Below are positions 11,401 through 22,711 of a DNA stretch of 64,000 nt, piece after piece. Both the position numbers and the translations under genes were made by a program. Location of the stretch: positions 1 to 64,000 of the forward strand of contig JAUCBJ010007129.1 in NCBI GenBank assembly GCA_032718475.1, written 5' to 3'. The notes under the pieces were generated by a model. The model saw only the letters and a program-made list of their open reading frames with translations, was not told the origin of the DNA and did no database searches. This DNA is from Nemertoderma westbladi. Its lineage: Eukaryota; Animalia; Xenacoelomorpha. The stretch's first letter is position 1. The number at the start of each line of letters is the position of its first letter.

Positions 11401-12084
11401 CTTTTAATATCCAGGGAGGCGGTAGTAGAAACTCGATCTAACTATACCGACCAGCACATCGTGGCAGAAGGGATCACACTGCCATCCTCCAACCGACAAA
11501 AACCCCAGACAACATCCACTAAGACGGCCACTTACGCAACACCGACGGAATCACGACAATTCTCAGACGGTAATAGAGTATCTGCGCCCATTGGGACGAA
11601 ACAGACGAGACAGCAACTCAGCATCGACTTCAACGGCTGCCAATACTGCGAGCATCTAGGTAAGCGGTATATCGGTCACAAGTTACGAGGTTGTCGACAA
11701 TTTCGCGAGTTGAACTCGGAAGAACGACGGCTGCAAATACGGCCACTGGACTCTTGTTGGCGATGTACACGACACGGACACGTGCGTAAGGATTGCCCAA
11801 ATACTGACACTTGTCCATCCTGTGGACGCAACCACGACGGTCTGCTCCACACAGACAGCCACACGCCGACGAAACGCTTCGCCAGGGAACACCCGGAAGC
11901 AGCAGCGAGATGTGATGCGGCCTACCGAAAACGAGAATCGAAAACGACTCCGACCTTCGTGACACATATTGAGGATTGCTTCTCAGAACAATCCGGATCG
12001 TCGGACGAAGAATCAGAAGACGATGACGAATATCCCAATGGAGACGAACAACCGTCGATACCTAAAGAGGTGAGGTCTCTATAG
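8500..12084 (+). CDS. gag: BEL/Pao Gag (coiled coil, DUF1759-like capsid region, triple Zn knuckle), cut off by an insertion at 12060
   Basis: PPKFSGSSKHWHTF...EKFNYLLQTLSGEPK; CQYC..H..C, CWRC..H..C and CPSC..H..LH. Confidence 0.92.
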   Translation: MSDKQDYTKNTPTDYDSCDADKSAAEGQQGKTREPTEPTPCASPIHPTGVPDAVVRGDGRTEDFLTVPQPRYRETEMVSSAGSTESVIRSVGGYMAHITRSIGEGQRILDELTAPMSRFEFYTLQVRVQSRVHKSVDNLIGLQDLARQRQDMDTQLRILEKLMIAREKLIQFKSTIRQIQQEQADQLLGESVSDELLQPEEEQELYRLDGQLKHLTDHLRMCGEDVGDWETVPEYTRETSPVRIESGILDQSLVSIRSEICEGSIVTSEVARQQQEFCRQRREMEEQAQLLVMQAAVEEEKLRVANIARISHLQEQAELEAAEVERLEVDIARQAAAAAAEVERQAAAAAAEVERQAAAAAAELERQNAAAELERQTAAAAAELKRERLVSEARAEMRTRQIKAQSAIRQAEFEAQRQQTEQREKTVKLHFELEKKARELANAEEDLDQKARDRSMRSRDGHDLDQLEVRHRQIQERKKEGSVGAPGRERQLVKDVCQRFPQVTHMFAPVTTKEPVSIAGSSDISPIHGATEHRFVIPGEFTPPRATSSPIPKVKVSNPPITDRSSLLTGPALLTTKQVSPPSTPKPVTHYAYPMTFRPTRPLDSNAVIRPPFNQFTSQSTTSRKTCEPTEQRKRDDVPKRTVRISATQRTRARRPPYPDDSSTSSESDYPKREVFRTGAADEYKRERSDNSFADNPPQNTPTQKALQPTDAISTQQFADILRPVVNKLAQIEERLEEVQTDSSRNSEFEHNRHPKEPQRPVPSNPISYQGKAPRRDINQCTNQGRETLNVAEEIAKFAARQGLPVQQPPKFSGSSKHWHTFVDYIESQIAVCAFTSREKFNYLLQTLSGEPKRLAETFVGVPDAFELAYDRLTSIYGGTVSMARSVIEELCKGGAITKPVDLLKLADEIKNAITTLRSIGQLDYGNTPTVLLKIIGRLHHRLRREWRKVEYQREERGGFLKLEDVYLLISREAVVETRSNYTDQHIVAEGITLPSSNRQKPQTTSTKTATYATPTESRQFSDGNRVSAPIGTKQTRQQLSIDFNGCQYCEHLGKRYIGHKLRGCRQFRELNSEERRLQIRPLDSCWRCTRHGHVRKDCPNTDTCPSCGRNHDGLLHTDSHTPTKRFAREHPEAAARCDAAYRKRESKTTPTFVTHIEDCFSEQSGSSDEESEDDDEYPNGDEQPSIPKEVRSL

Positions 12085-13284
12085 GGGTGTCGACAGCAGG
12101 CGGCGGTGGACTCGTGAGGGTCTGGGGGCACGTTAAATTGTTGTTATAGTGCAAGGGAGTCACTGAAGGCCCTCGTGTCTAACGAACCATGAATTGCCAT
12201 GGTGCCGTGGTACCGTCTAGTCGGCCTGTTGCCGTACTGCCAGTCCTGTACACAGTAGGGGTGGTGGCATGGCGTGATTTGTGGCTCATGTGGCGTGAAC
12301 TATGTTTTGTATGTGGGCGATCAGTGGCAGTTTGCTTGGGGCTTGGATGGTTCCATTGGCCGTCAGCTGTTCCGTTTTTTTGATACTATATGTTATTGTC
12401 TCCATGTTCAGCTGATTGGTCTTTGGTGGCATTGGAAAAACCGTCGGGTCTTGAGCTTTCTGTTACTGTGGGTACGTGAGTACACGTGATTGTATGTGTG
12501 GCCACTGCGAGTGGGTATGGGAACCCTTGCCAGTTGGACAAGACGCCGCTGGTATTAGTAGGACCATACTTTACTGCACCCCAGCATACTTTGTGCACAC
12601 AAAGTTATTTTACCCTGTCGGTAAAATAAAGTACTCTCGACTCTTTTCGAGTTTCAGTCGATACAATTTTGTCCCCTCTGAATTTGTCCCTTCCGATTTT
12701 GACCCCGATTTTGTCTTTACCCGATTATGTCCTCTGTGTGTGCATGGTATGTGTCAGATTTTGTGTTTACCGTAGTGTACTTGATTTCGTGAACATCTGT
12801 TGAAGTACACGTGTACAGGACGGGTAAGTGGTTACTTGTTTCTAGCTTTCGAGCTAGTCAGTATTGTTGAGGAACGGTGTCCCCTCAATACTGCCGGCGA
12901 GGCAGGTGAAAACGAGTCAAAATTCCATGTTGGGTAGCGCAAGCCCACGTGGGACAAGACCGTCGGTTAGGCCCAAGGGCGACCTTGGTGCTCGATCGCT
13001 ATCGACTGGTCCACCTGCCGGTTGACTCTTTGTTATACTTTGAGTTGGCTCAATGTACAGTCAGGCCACAGTAAGTTGACAGTAGCCGCCCATCTGGCTA
13101 CACGTTCGACGAGCTGTGCTGGTGTGATCGGGGGACCGAAAACAGAACCCGGGAAGCATCAGGCCACCCTCCGGCCCGGTCTGATAATAACATCTGTCGG
13201 ACTGGCCCCAGGGGTGGTGGAAAGGTGTTCGCCTCATGGGTGCGCCTCGGAGTCATCAGAGAGGAGCCCAGAAGGACACAAGCG
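12060..13284. other. 1.2-kb unidentified insertion at the gag/protease junction
   Basis: The duplicate copy reads CCGTCGAT|CGCGCTCCTG without interruption at 17160/17161. Confidence 0.8.
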
Positions 13285-16200
13285 CGCGCTCCTGACCACT
13301 GACCAACTGAAGGGATTCAGTGTAATCCCGATTAAGATCACTGGCACAAAGGGGAGTAAGAGGATCTACGCGATTCTAGATTCAGCCTCATCTCACAGTT
13401 ACGTGGATGAAAAGATAGCTGACGTCGTGACGGATCTCAGACAAGGTAAACACGTCAGTTATACAGTAAGTAGTATGCACGGACAGCGTGCAATACCAGT
13501 GACACGAGTTAAGTTGGACTTAGACTCTCTTCTTCCAAAATCGCAACACAGCGAGAGGGAGAGGTCTTTGTTACCCTTTAGAGATCTAACCTTTGCGGCC
13601 ACGAAGGACTTTAGTAACCTACTAGGTCCAGTGCCGGAACAATCTCTGGAGGACCGTAAGTATTTCAGACACCTTGGTGTACCCGAATGTCCTGTCAATT
13701 ATAGATCGGTAGCAATGCTGATCGGGACGGACCAATTCAACCTACATCAGGTGTGGGAAACCAGACCATCGGCAGTTGTAGCAGGAAACGCATACGCCTG
13801 CAGAACGCCGATAGGGTGGTATACACGAGCGCCTGTGCGCACACTAGACGTAAGTGACGAGGAAGACGATGTACAGAGTACATGCAGTTTATTAACTACA
13901 AACTCAATTCATTCCTTTTCACACGACGTGAACCATACTACACTACAGTCGACAAAACATCACAGACGTGTAACTAGTATGATAAGTCACAAGGAGCAGC
14001 TAACCCACAAGGTGAGTTTAGGACTTGGGGGGAAGACGAGTCAGCTAGAGATTCCATCGACGACAGATGATAGGCTTGCGAGTCTACCTACCCCAATAAC
14101 CTCAACAGTGCCCGTCGATATCGATGATGACGCGTTGAAAATTCATCAGTTGGAACAAGCCGCCTTGGACAAAGAATTAACGGAGAAGACTATCAGGTGG
14201 TTAGAACAAGATACAGCTGAACCTGGTAGCTACGAACCTTGTATGTCGGAACAGGAGAAACAATCCCTAAAGATCATGGAGGATACTATCCGACAGACGG
14301 AGGACGGACATTACGAGGTGGGGATGTTATGGCGTAGCCAAAGTCCTAAACTTATAAATAACTACCCACTGGCTTTAAGACGTCTACACTCAATACGACA
14401 ACGTCTATTAAAGGACGAGAAAGCCCATCTGCAGTACAACACTCAGATGGAGACGTATTTGACTGAAGGATACGCTATCCGAATGACTAACCCGGAGCGA
14501 GTGACCGACCAGACATACTACCTGCCACATCACTATGTGAGACACCCCGACAAACCAGATAAAGTACGCGTAGTCAATGATTGTGCGGCTCTATTTGAGG
14601 TTAGAGTTGGACATTGCACAACAAGCGGCAGCGGCCGAGTTAGCGCAACGAACAGCAGCGGCCGAGTTAGAGCGACAAGCGGCAGCGGCCGAGTTAGAGC
14701 GGCAGCGGCAGCGGCCGAGTCAGCGGCAGCGGCAGCGGCAGCGTCCGAGTTGGAGCGACAGAGGTTAGCTTCAGAAGCGAGAACCGAAATGAAAAAACGG
14801 CAAATAAAGGCTCAATCAGCTATACGACAAGCGGAGTTCGAGGCGCAACAACAACAAACGGAACAACGCGAGAAAGAAGTTAAACTTCGTTTCGAACTCG
14901 AGAAGAAGGCGAGAGAATTAGCCAACGCCAAGGAAGACCTGGATCTACAAGCCCGCGATCGATCGATGAGATCTCGAGACGGACATGACTTGGACCAGAT
15001 AGAGGTAAGACATCGCCAAATTCAGGAACGGAAGAAGGAAGGAAGCGTGGGAGCACCCGGACGGGAACGACAATTAGTAAAGGACTTGTGTCAACGATTC
15101 CCACAGGTAACTCATATGTTTGCACCGGTTACGACTAAGGAACCTGTTTCGATTGCGGGTAGTAGCGATATTTCTCCTATCCATGGTGCGACGGAACACA
15201 GGTTTGTTATTCCGGGCGAGTTTACACCGCCAAGAGCAACGTCGTCGCCTATTCCGAAAGTCAAGGTAAGTAACCCACCGATTACGGATCGTAGTAGTTT
15301 ATTGACCGGACCTGCGCTACTGACGACAAAACAGGTGAGTCCACCGTCGACACCTAAACCCGTTACACACTACGCTTACCCAATGACGTTTCGACCAACA
15401 AGGCCTTTGGATTCAAATGCTGTCATTCGCCCACCGTTCAACCAATTTACATCGCAATCTACGACTTCGAGGAAGACTTGTGAGCCTACCGAACAACGAA
15501 AGCGAGACGATGTTCCGAAACGAACCGTTAGAATTAGTACGACGCAACGGACGCGAGCACGTCGACCACCATATCCAGATGATAGTAGTACTTCGAGCGA
15601 ATCGGATTACCCGAAACGCGAGGTATTTAGAACGGGGGCGGCCGATGAATATAAACGCGAGCGTTCAGACAACTCTTTTGCAGATAATCCTCCACAGAAT
15701 ACACCAACACAGAAGGCGTTACAACCAACGGACGCAATTAGTACACAACAGTTCGCCGACATTCTGCGACCAGTTGTCAATAAGTTGGCTCAGATCGAGG
15801 AGCGTCTGGAGGAAGTTCAAACCGACAGTTCGAGAAATTCCGAATTCGAACACAATAGACACCCGAAGGAACCACAAAGACCGGTACCTTCAAACCCCAT
15901 ATCGTATCAGGGAAAAGCGCCAAGAAGGGATATCAACCAGTGTACCAACCAAGGACGCGAAACTCTGAACGTTGCTGAGGAGATAGCAAAATTCGCAGCC
16001 AGACAGGGATTGCCGGTACAACAACCACCGAAGTTTTCCGGTAGCTCAAAACACTGGCATACCTTCGTAGACTATATCGAATCCCAGATCGCCGTGTGCG
16101 CCTTTACATCACGGGAGAAGTTCAATTACTTGCTCCAAACGTTGTCAGGAGAACCTAAACGTTTGGCGGAGACTTTCGTCGGTGTACCGGACGCTTTCGA

Positions 16201-19200
16201 ACTAGCGTACGATCGTTTAACTTCGATATACGGAGGTACAGTGAGCATGGCCAGGTCAGTAATAGAGGAACTCTGTAAGGGAGGGGCTATCACTAAACCC
16301 GTCGACTTACTAAAACTAGCTGACGAAATCAAGAACGCTATCACTACCTTAAGATCAATTGGACAACTTGATTACGGGAATACCCCTACAGTCCTATTAA
16401 AGATAATAGGACGACTCCACCATCGACTTCGTCGGGAGTGGAGGAAGGTCGAATACCAGCGAGAGGAGCGGGGAGGATTCTTAAAATTAGAAGATGTGTA
16501 CCTTTTAATATCCAGGGAGGCGGTAGTAGAAACTCGATCTAACTATACCGACCAGCACATCGTGGCAGAAGGGATCACACTGCCATCCTCCAACCGACAA
16601 AAACCCCAGACAACATCCACTAAGACGGCCACTTACGCAACACCGACGGAATCACGACAATTCTCAGACGGTAATAGAGTATCTGCGCCCATTGGGACGA
16701 AACAGACGAGACAGCAACTCAGCATCGACTTCAACGGCTGCCAATACTGCGAGCATCTAGGTAAGCGGTATATCGGTCACAAGTTACGAGGTTGTCGACA
16801 ATTTCGCGAGTTGAACTCGGAAGAACGACGGCTGCAAATACGGCCACTGGACTCTTGTTGGCGATGTACACGACACGGACACGTGCGTAAGGATTGCCCA
16901 AATACTGACACTTGTCCATCCTGTGGACGCAACCACGACGGTCTGCTCCACACAGACAGCCACACGCCGACGAAACGCTTCGCCAGGGAACACCCGGAAG
17001 CAGCAGCGAGATGTGATGCGGCCTACCGAAAACGAGAATCGAAAACGACTCCGACCTTCGTGACACATATTGAGGATTGCTTCTCAGAACAATCCGGATC
17101 GTCGGACGAAGAATCAGAAGACGACGACGAATATCCCAATGGAGACGAACAACCGTCGATCGCGCTCCTGACTACTGATCAACTGAAGGGATTCAGTGTA
17201 ATCCCGATTAAAGTTACTGGCACAAAGGGGAGCAAGAGGATCTACGCGATTCTAGATTCAGCCTCATCTCATAGCTACGTGGATGAAAAGATAGCTGACG
17301 TCGTGACGGATCTCAGACAAGGTAAACACGTCAGTTATACAGTAAGTAGTATGCACGGACAGCGTGCAATACCAGTGACACGAGTTAAGTTGGACTTAGA
17401 CTCTCTTCTTCCAAAATCGCAGCATAGCGAGAGGGAGAGGTCTTTGTTGCCCTTTAGAGATCTAACCTTTGCGGCCACGAAGGACTTTAGTAACCTACTA
17501 GGTCCAGTGCCGGAACAATCTCTGGAGGACCGTAAGTATTTCAGACACCTTGGTGTACCCGAATGTCCTGTCAATTATAGATCGGTAGCAATGCTGATCG
17601 GGACGGACCAATTCAACCTACATCAGGTGTGGGAAACCAGACCATCGGCAGTTGTAGCAGGAAACGCATACGCCTGCAGAACGCCGATAGGGTGGTATAC
17701 ACGAGCGCCTGTGCGCACACTAGACGTAAGTGACGAGGAAGACGATGTACAGAGTACATGCAGTTTATTAACTACAAACTCAATTCATTCCTTTTCACAC
17801 GACGTGAACCATACTACACTACAGTCGACAAAACATCACAGACGTGTAACTAGTATGATAAGTCACAAGGAGCAGCTAACCCACAAGGTGAGTTTAGAAC
17901 TTGGGGAGAAGACGAATCAGCTAGAGATTCCATCGACGACAGATGATAGGCTTGCGAGTCTACCTACCCCAATAACCTCAACAGTGCCCGTCGATATCGA
18001 TGATGACGCGTTGAAAATTCATCAGTTGGAACAAGCCGCCTTGGACAAAGAATTAACGGAGAAGACTATCAGGTGGTTAGAACAAGATACAGCTGAACCT
18101 GGTAGCTACGAACCTTGTATGTCGGAACAGGAGAAACAATCCCTAAAGATCATGGAGGATACTATCCGACAGACGGAGGACGGACATTACGAGGTGGGGA
18201 TGTTATGGCGTAGCCAAAGTCCTAAACTTATAAATAACTACCCACTGGCTTTAAGACGTCTACACTCAATACGACAACGTCTATTAAAGGACGAGAAAGC
18301 CCATCTGCAGTACAACACTCAGATGGAGACGTATTTGACTGAAGGATACGCTATCCGAATGACTAACCCGGAGCGAGTGACCGACCAGACATACTACCTG
18401 CCACATCACTATGTGAGACACCCCGACAAACCAGATAAAGTACGCGTAGTCAATGATTGTGCGGCTCTATTTGAGGGAATGTCCCTCAATAGTGAGTTGA
18501 TGGATGGACCGAACATGAATAATTATCTTATGGGGGTGATTATGCGCTTCCGTCAGCGCCAAGTAGCCTTTACTTGCGACGTTGAAGCGATGTTTCACCA
18601 AGTAAAAGCGTTAGAGCGAGACAGAGACAGTTTGCGGTTTCTCTGGTATCCGGAAGGGGACTTAAGTCTACCACCAGCGACTTACCAAATGCAAGTTCGC
18701 GTTTTCGGTGCCAGAGACAGCCCAAATTGTACGATGTACGCCTTGAAGCAAGCCGCTAGAGATCAGAAACATCTGTATGACCCAGAGATAATTAGAATTG
18801 TAGAACGTGACTTTTACGTTGATGACGGATTACAGAGTTGCGACACAGTAGAACGTGCTACAACAGTAGCACATCAATTACGGGACTGCTTGGCGGGCGG
18901 AGGTTTTAACCTCACCAAATTCGCCTCAAACAGTGCCGAATTAGTTGACTCATTCGGAACTACTGAGCGTGGAGGTGGTGACATAGACCTAGAGTTCGAA
19001 CCACTACCGACGACTAAGGTGTTGGGGCTCTTTTGGGACCCAAACACAGACAACTTTCGAGTGAAGGTGAGACTGGACAGTCAAGGAAACACACTGACCA
19101 AGAGATCATGCTTGTCAAAATTGAGCCGATTGTTCGATCCGTTAGGATTCATCAGTCCAGTGATACTGCAAGCCCGCATTTATATGCGCAGTATATGGAA

Positions 19201-19957
19201 GGATGGACTAACATGGGACGAGCCGATCTCATCAGACCAAGTGGACTTATGGAAAACCTGGGAGGCGGAATTATCTTCACTAGAGGATTATTTCATACCC
19301 AGGGTTTACTTTCCATTACAGAGTACATTTCCTGACAACTTGGAACTACACTGTTTTTCTGACGCCAGTGACAACGGTTTTGGTGTGGCAGCGTATTTGC
19401 GCAGACAAGTAGAATCGGACGAGTTCGATGTTTCGCTCATTACTTCTAAGGCTAAGACCATGCCTACTAAGTATATGACGACACCACGAGCCGAGCTACA
19501 AGCCGCGACCCTGTCAACCACCATCGTGAACCTCATACAGACAGAACTACAGTCGAGTTTACAGATATTTTATTGGACTGACGCGACGTTAGTTTTATTT
19601 TACATAAACAACGACACACTCGAATTCAAGACATTCGTAGCTAACCGTCGCGCGGAAATTCTAGACCGTTCAATAAAAGAGGATTGGCGACATTGTCCCG
19701 GACCACAAAACCCAGCTGATATTGCGTCGCGAGGAATGATGCCTGAGGAATTCTGTAAACCGGAGAACAAAGAGTTTTGGCAACACGGACCCCAGTTCTT
19801 GCAGAAATCGACACAAGATTGGCCTCCGTTGTACGACAACAAGTCCAACACCATTCCTAAGGACGCCGAAATCAAGAAACCAAAAAAGGGGAAGACAAAG
19901 AAAAAGACGACGGCGGCAAAACTCAAGAAAAACCGAAGGCGAAATGGAAAGATATAA
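13022..19957 (+). CDS. pol: Chimeric polyprotein: PR and RT N-terminus, then a second Gag-PR-RT-RNase H
   Basis: AILDSAS occurs twice; YYLPHH, FYVDD, LFDPLG, FSDAS, WTDA and NPADIASRG are present. The true element sequence resumes at 13285. Confidence 0.92.
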   Translation: MTLCYTLSWLNVQSGHSKLTVAAHLATRSTSCAGVIGGPKTEPGKHQATLRPGLIITSVGLAPGVVERCSPHGCASESSERSPEGHKRALLTTDQLKGFSVIPIKITGTKGSKRIYAILDSASSHSYVDEKIADVVTDLRQGKHVSYTVSSMHGQRAIPVTRVKLDLDSLLPKSQHSERERSLLPFRDLTFAATKDFSNLLGPVPEQSLEDRKYFRHLGVPECPVNYRSVAMLIGTDQFNLHQVWETRPSAVVAGNAYACRTPIGWYTRAPVRTLDVSDEEDDVQSTCSLLTTNSIHSFSHDVNHTTLQSTKHHRRVTSMISHKEQLTHKVSLGLGGKTSQLEIPSTTDDRLASLPTPITSTVPVDIDDDALKIHQLEQAALDKELTEKTIRWLEQDTAEPGSYEPCMSEQEKQSLKIMEDTIRQTEDGHYEVGMLWRSQSPKLINNYPLALRRLHSIRQRLLKDEKAHLQYNTQMETYLTEGYAIRMTNPERVTDQTYYLPHHYVRHPDKPDKVRVVNDCAALFEVRVGHCTTSGSGRVSATNSSGRVRATSGSGRVRAAAAAAESAAAAAAASELERQRLASEARTEMKKRQIKAQSAIRQAEFEAQQQQTEQREKEVKLRFELEKKARELANAKEDLDLQARDRSMRSRDGHDLDQIEVRHRQIQERKKEGSVGAPGRERQLVKDLCQRFPQVTHMFAPVTTKEPVSIAGSSDISPIHGATEHRFVIPGEFTPPRATSSPIPKVKVSNPPITDRSSLLTGPALLTTKQVSPPSTPKPVTHYAYPMTFRPTRPLDSNAVIRPPFNQFTSQSTTSRKTCEPTEQRKRDDVPKRTVRISTTQRTRARRPPYPDDSSTSSESDYPKREVFRTGAADEYKRERSDNSFADNPPQNTPTQKALQPTDAISTQQFADILRPVVNKLAQIEERLEEVQTDSSRNSEFEHNRHPKEPQRPVPSNPISYQGKAPRRDINQCTNQGRETLNVAEEIAKFAARQGLPVQQPPKFSGSSKHWHTFVDYIESQIAVCAFTSREKFNYLLQTLSGEPKRLAETFVGVPDAFELAYDRLTSIYGGTVSMARSVIEELCKGGAITKPVDLLKLADEIKNAITTLRSIGQLDYGNTPTVLLKIIGRLHHRLRREWRKVEYQREERGGFLKLEDVYLLISREAVVETRSNYTDQHIVAEGITLPSSNRQKPQTTSTKTATYATPTESRQFSDGNRVSAPIGTKQTRQQLSIDFNGCQYCEHLGKRYIGHKLRGCRQFRELNSEERRLQIRPLDSCWRCTRHGHVRKDCPNTDTCPSCGRNHDGLLHTDSHTPTKRFAREHPEAAARCDAAYRKRESKTTPTFVTHIEDCFSEQSGSSDEESEDDDEYPNGDEQPSIALLTTDQLKGFSVIPIKVTGTKGSKRIYAILDSASSHSYVDEKIADVVTDLRQGKHVSYTVSSMHGQRAIPVTRVKLDLDSLLPKSQHSERERSLLPFRDLTFAATKDFSNLLGPVPEQSLEDRKYFRHLGVPECPVNYRSVAMLIGTDQFNLHQVWETRPSAVVAGNAYACRTPIGWYTRAPVRTLDVSDEEDDVQSTCSLLTTNSIHSFSHDVNHTTLQSTKHHRRVTSMISHKEQLTHKVSLELGEKTNQLEIPSTTDDRLASLPTPITSTVPVDIDDDALKIHQLEQAALDKELTEKTIRWLEQDTAEPGSYEPCMSEQEKQSLKIMEDTIRQTEDGHYEVGMLWRSQSPKLINNYPLALRRLHSIRQRLLKDEKAHLQYNTQMETYLTEGYAIRMTNPERVTDQTYYLPHHYVRHPDKPDKVRVVNDCAALFEGMSLNSELMDGPNMNNYLMGVIMRFRQRQVAFTCDVEAMFHQVKALERDRDSLRFLWYPEGDLSLPPATYQMQVRVFGARDSPNCTMYALKQAARDQKHLYDPEIIRIVERDFYVDDGLQSCDTVERATTVAHQLRDCLAGGGFNLTKFASNSAELVDSFGTTERGGGDIDLEFEPLPTTKVLGLFWDPNTDNFRVKVRLDSQGNTLTKRSCLSKLSRLFDPLGFISPVILQARIYMRSIWKDGLTWDEPISSDQVDLWKTWEAELSSLEDYFIPRVYFPLQSTFPDNLELHCFSDASDNGFGVAAYLRRQVESDEFDVSLITSKAKTMPTKYMTTPRAELQAATLSTTIVNLIQTELQSSLQIFYWTDATLVLFYINNDTLEFKTFVANRRAEILDRSIKEDWRHCPGPQNPADIASRGMMPEEFCKPENKEFWQHGPQFLQKSTQDWPPLYDNKSNTIPKDAEIKKPKKGKTKKKTTAAKLKKNRRRNGKI

Positions 19958-20130
19958 CTTCAAAGGTCAAGAGAGGAAGACTTGCGAGCCTTTCTACACC
20001 AGACATATCGCCAGACGGTCAACCAGACACGTTACCAGACGGTCAACCAGACACGTTACCAGACGGTCAACCAGACATTCTACCAGACGCTAGTAACGTA
20101 CTGACAAACAGTAAAGCCGCAGTTTCCCTA

Positions 20131-22052
20131 TTGGAGCGGCATTCTATTGACAAACAACCAGATACGTTACCAGACGTATCGCCAGACACATTACTAGACA
20201 GTCGACTAGACATTTTGTCAGAAACATCACAAAATGTTCTACCGGACATTAGTAATGTACCGACTAACAATAAAGCCGCAGTTTCCCTATTGGAGCGGCC
20301 TTGTATTGACAAACTACCAATTTTGACACACTTGAGCGACCATAAGCACGGTGAAACCTCATGTATTACAGATGTGGGTAGTACCTACGCTAATGTAAAT
20401 ACAGGTGTTACTTTGCGCTCAAGAGACATACCGAACTTGCAACCTATGATGAGACCTGGGATTAATGTCGGCAGGAAAATAAGTTTACCGAAACCTGCTG
20501 ACCCCATAGAGTTCAAACCACCATTAACGATCGACTTACAAAGTACCGACAATCAAGGTAAGAGGACAAAAGGGGACAAATTACTTGTAGACCCGGACGG
20601 ATCAACAGTCAACAAGGGAATACTTACCGGCGGACCCGTGGGCCCTTCTAGTAATTCAAAACCTTCCAAGTTCTCCATTGACTTACCTGATGACGTCACA
20701 AATACTTACGTCGACCGTATCGTAAACTTAACAGATTCTTGGTCAAACGCTTGCCGAAAATTAGCGTGGATTGTACGTTTTGTACAATACGTTAAAGGCA
20801 AACGCGACTTTACACGTCGACTTACATTGGCTGAGATTGACAGGTGTGAAATTAAATTAATTCGCCATTACCAACTGCGATATTTCGCGCGCGAATTCAC
20901 ATCTATAAATCAAGGTCAACCAATCAAGTCGTCACCGATACTGAGTTGGAGTCCGATTATTTATAATGGCTTGATTTGTCATAAATCTCGGCTTCAAAAC
21001 ATTGACTTTAACACAAACTTTAGATACCCAATAATAATACCGCAACATCACGAACTACAACGTGCAATGATACTGGACGCACATTTACATCTGAAACACG
21101 CTGGAAGACACCACTGTCTTTCCTACTTACGTACTAGATTTGTATTAATTAGACCCAGTAAAGCATTAAGTTCAGTGACACGTACGTGTATTATTTGTAA
21201 AAAGGTACATTCTAGAATAGGTACCCAAGAAATGAGTGAACTACCACAAGCACGACTTCAAGCATTCAGACCACCTTTTACAGAGACTGGAATTGATTGC
21301 TTTGGTCCCATACATACGAAACGTGGACGTATACTAGTAAAACGCTGGGGACTGATTTTCACATGTATGTCCAGTAGGGCAGTTCACATTGAACGTGTGA
21401 TGGATCTTTCCACCAACGCGTTTATACTAGCACTGCGGCGATTTATCGCTAGACGCGGACTAGTAAAATGCTTGTACTCAGACCAAGGGACAAACTTTGT
21501 TGGTGCTCGGAATGAGATTGCTAGAGCCTTTAAGAAATTAGATCATGATCAAATCTCGAACGAACTACAACCTCACAAGATTGTTTGGAAGTTTAATCCT
21601 CCAGATAGTCCTTGGAGAGTCCGGCTTTAACACCGGCACACCTGCTTATGCAGGCACCGACGACATGAACGCCGATTTCTATTCCAATAGAAAGCGACAG
21701 TTACGGTAGAAAAGCGTGGAAAATCACGCAACTACTGGCTAACAAATTCTGGGAAATATGGCAAAACCATTATTTGCCCTCTATTTCTGCCAGAACAAAC
21801 TGGTACAATAACACCCGCGCATTAAAGCCGGGAGATCACGTGCTGTTGGCAGAAGTGAATCTAAAAAGACGCTTCTGGATAACAGGTGTCATTTTAGCCA
21901 CACATCCATCTATGGATGGAGTGACAAGAACTGTGACGGTACGAACAATTGACGGTCGTACAGTAGACAGACCGACTCAACGTCTCGTACTTCTTGAAGA
22001 GACTCGTAACGAGTCTGGAGACTACAAATCTCCACCTAATACTAGTAAATAA
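20131..22052 (+). pseudogene. Integrase of A, frameshifted and with an internal deletion at ~21615
   Basis: HHCC, IDCFGP and SDQGTNF are present. After FNPPDSPW the sequence jumps to ALTPAHLL, so the WERL segment with the catalytic E is missing. The C-terminal domain is in ORF 21774-22052. Confidence 0.88.
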
Positions 22053-22711
22053 TTAGGAGTTTACAAATAGATTTCCACGTACCTGTACACCGTAGTAAGG
22101 ACAGCGGTAGAATTCCATTGTCTTTATATGTGAACATTGAGGGTAGTACCCTTATGTGTCACATAGGAGCGGGATTTGTAGGTATAAGAAATGGAATTCT
22201 ACTTGGAACTCACAATATTGAGACATTTTCGAAATTTTAGACAATCCATTTGGATTTGAAAAATTTTTAAAATTTTCTCCAGTGAATAGATTTCAGGGTA
22301 CAGTCGGGTGGAACTTAAAATTAGAGAAACAAGAGAGGAAGACTTGCGAGCCTTTCTTAAAATTTTAATTAAATTTTACACGGTCTTGTTTCAATAAGTT
22401 ACGACAAAATAGACTCCCCTATATTTATTACTAATTCTTGACTGCTTATTTTCTGATAATAGTTTGGGATCAAAAAGTGAGTATTTTAGACTCACGGCCA
22501 GTTTAGCCCAAATTCGTTTTTATTTCGGCAAAAAATTTTAGATAAGAAGCAGCGTGTCATTAAAGAAACCCTAGATCTTAGGCTATGGGTAGGAGGTTAG
22601 AGCGTTGTCGAGCCCAAAGGGCAGACGAAACTCTCACGTCTCCTCACAACTAACTACAAACTCTGTTGTATTCCCTCTAGTAGTAATGATTATGTAACTA
22701 CACCTCTAATT

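Noticed and set aside
8541-12131. Short antisense and alternate-frame ORFs over gag (and similar ones over pol and the LTRs)
   Set aside because: These are shadow ORFs of coding or repetitive sequence with no recognisable motifs.
13022-19957. Novel natural polyprotein with two proteases
   Set aside because: Explained by an internal duplication. The N-terminal ~88 aa come from the unrelated insert.
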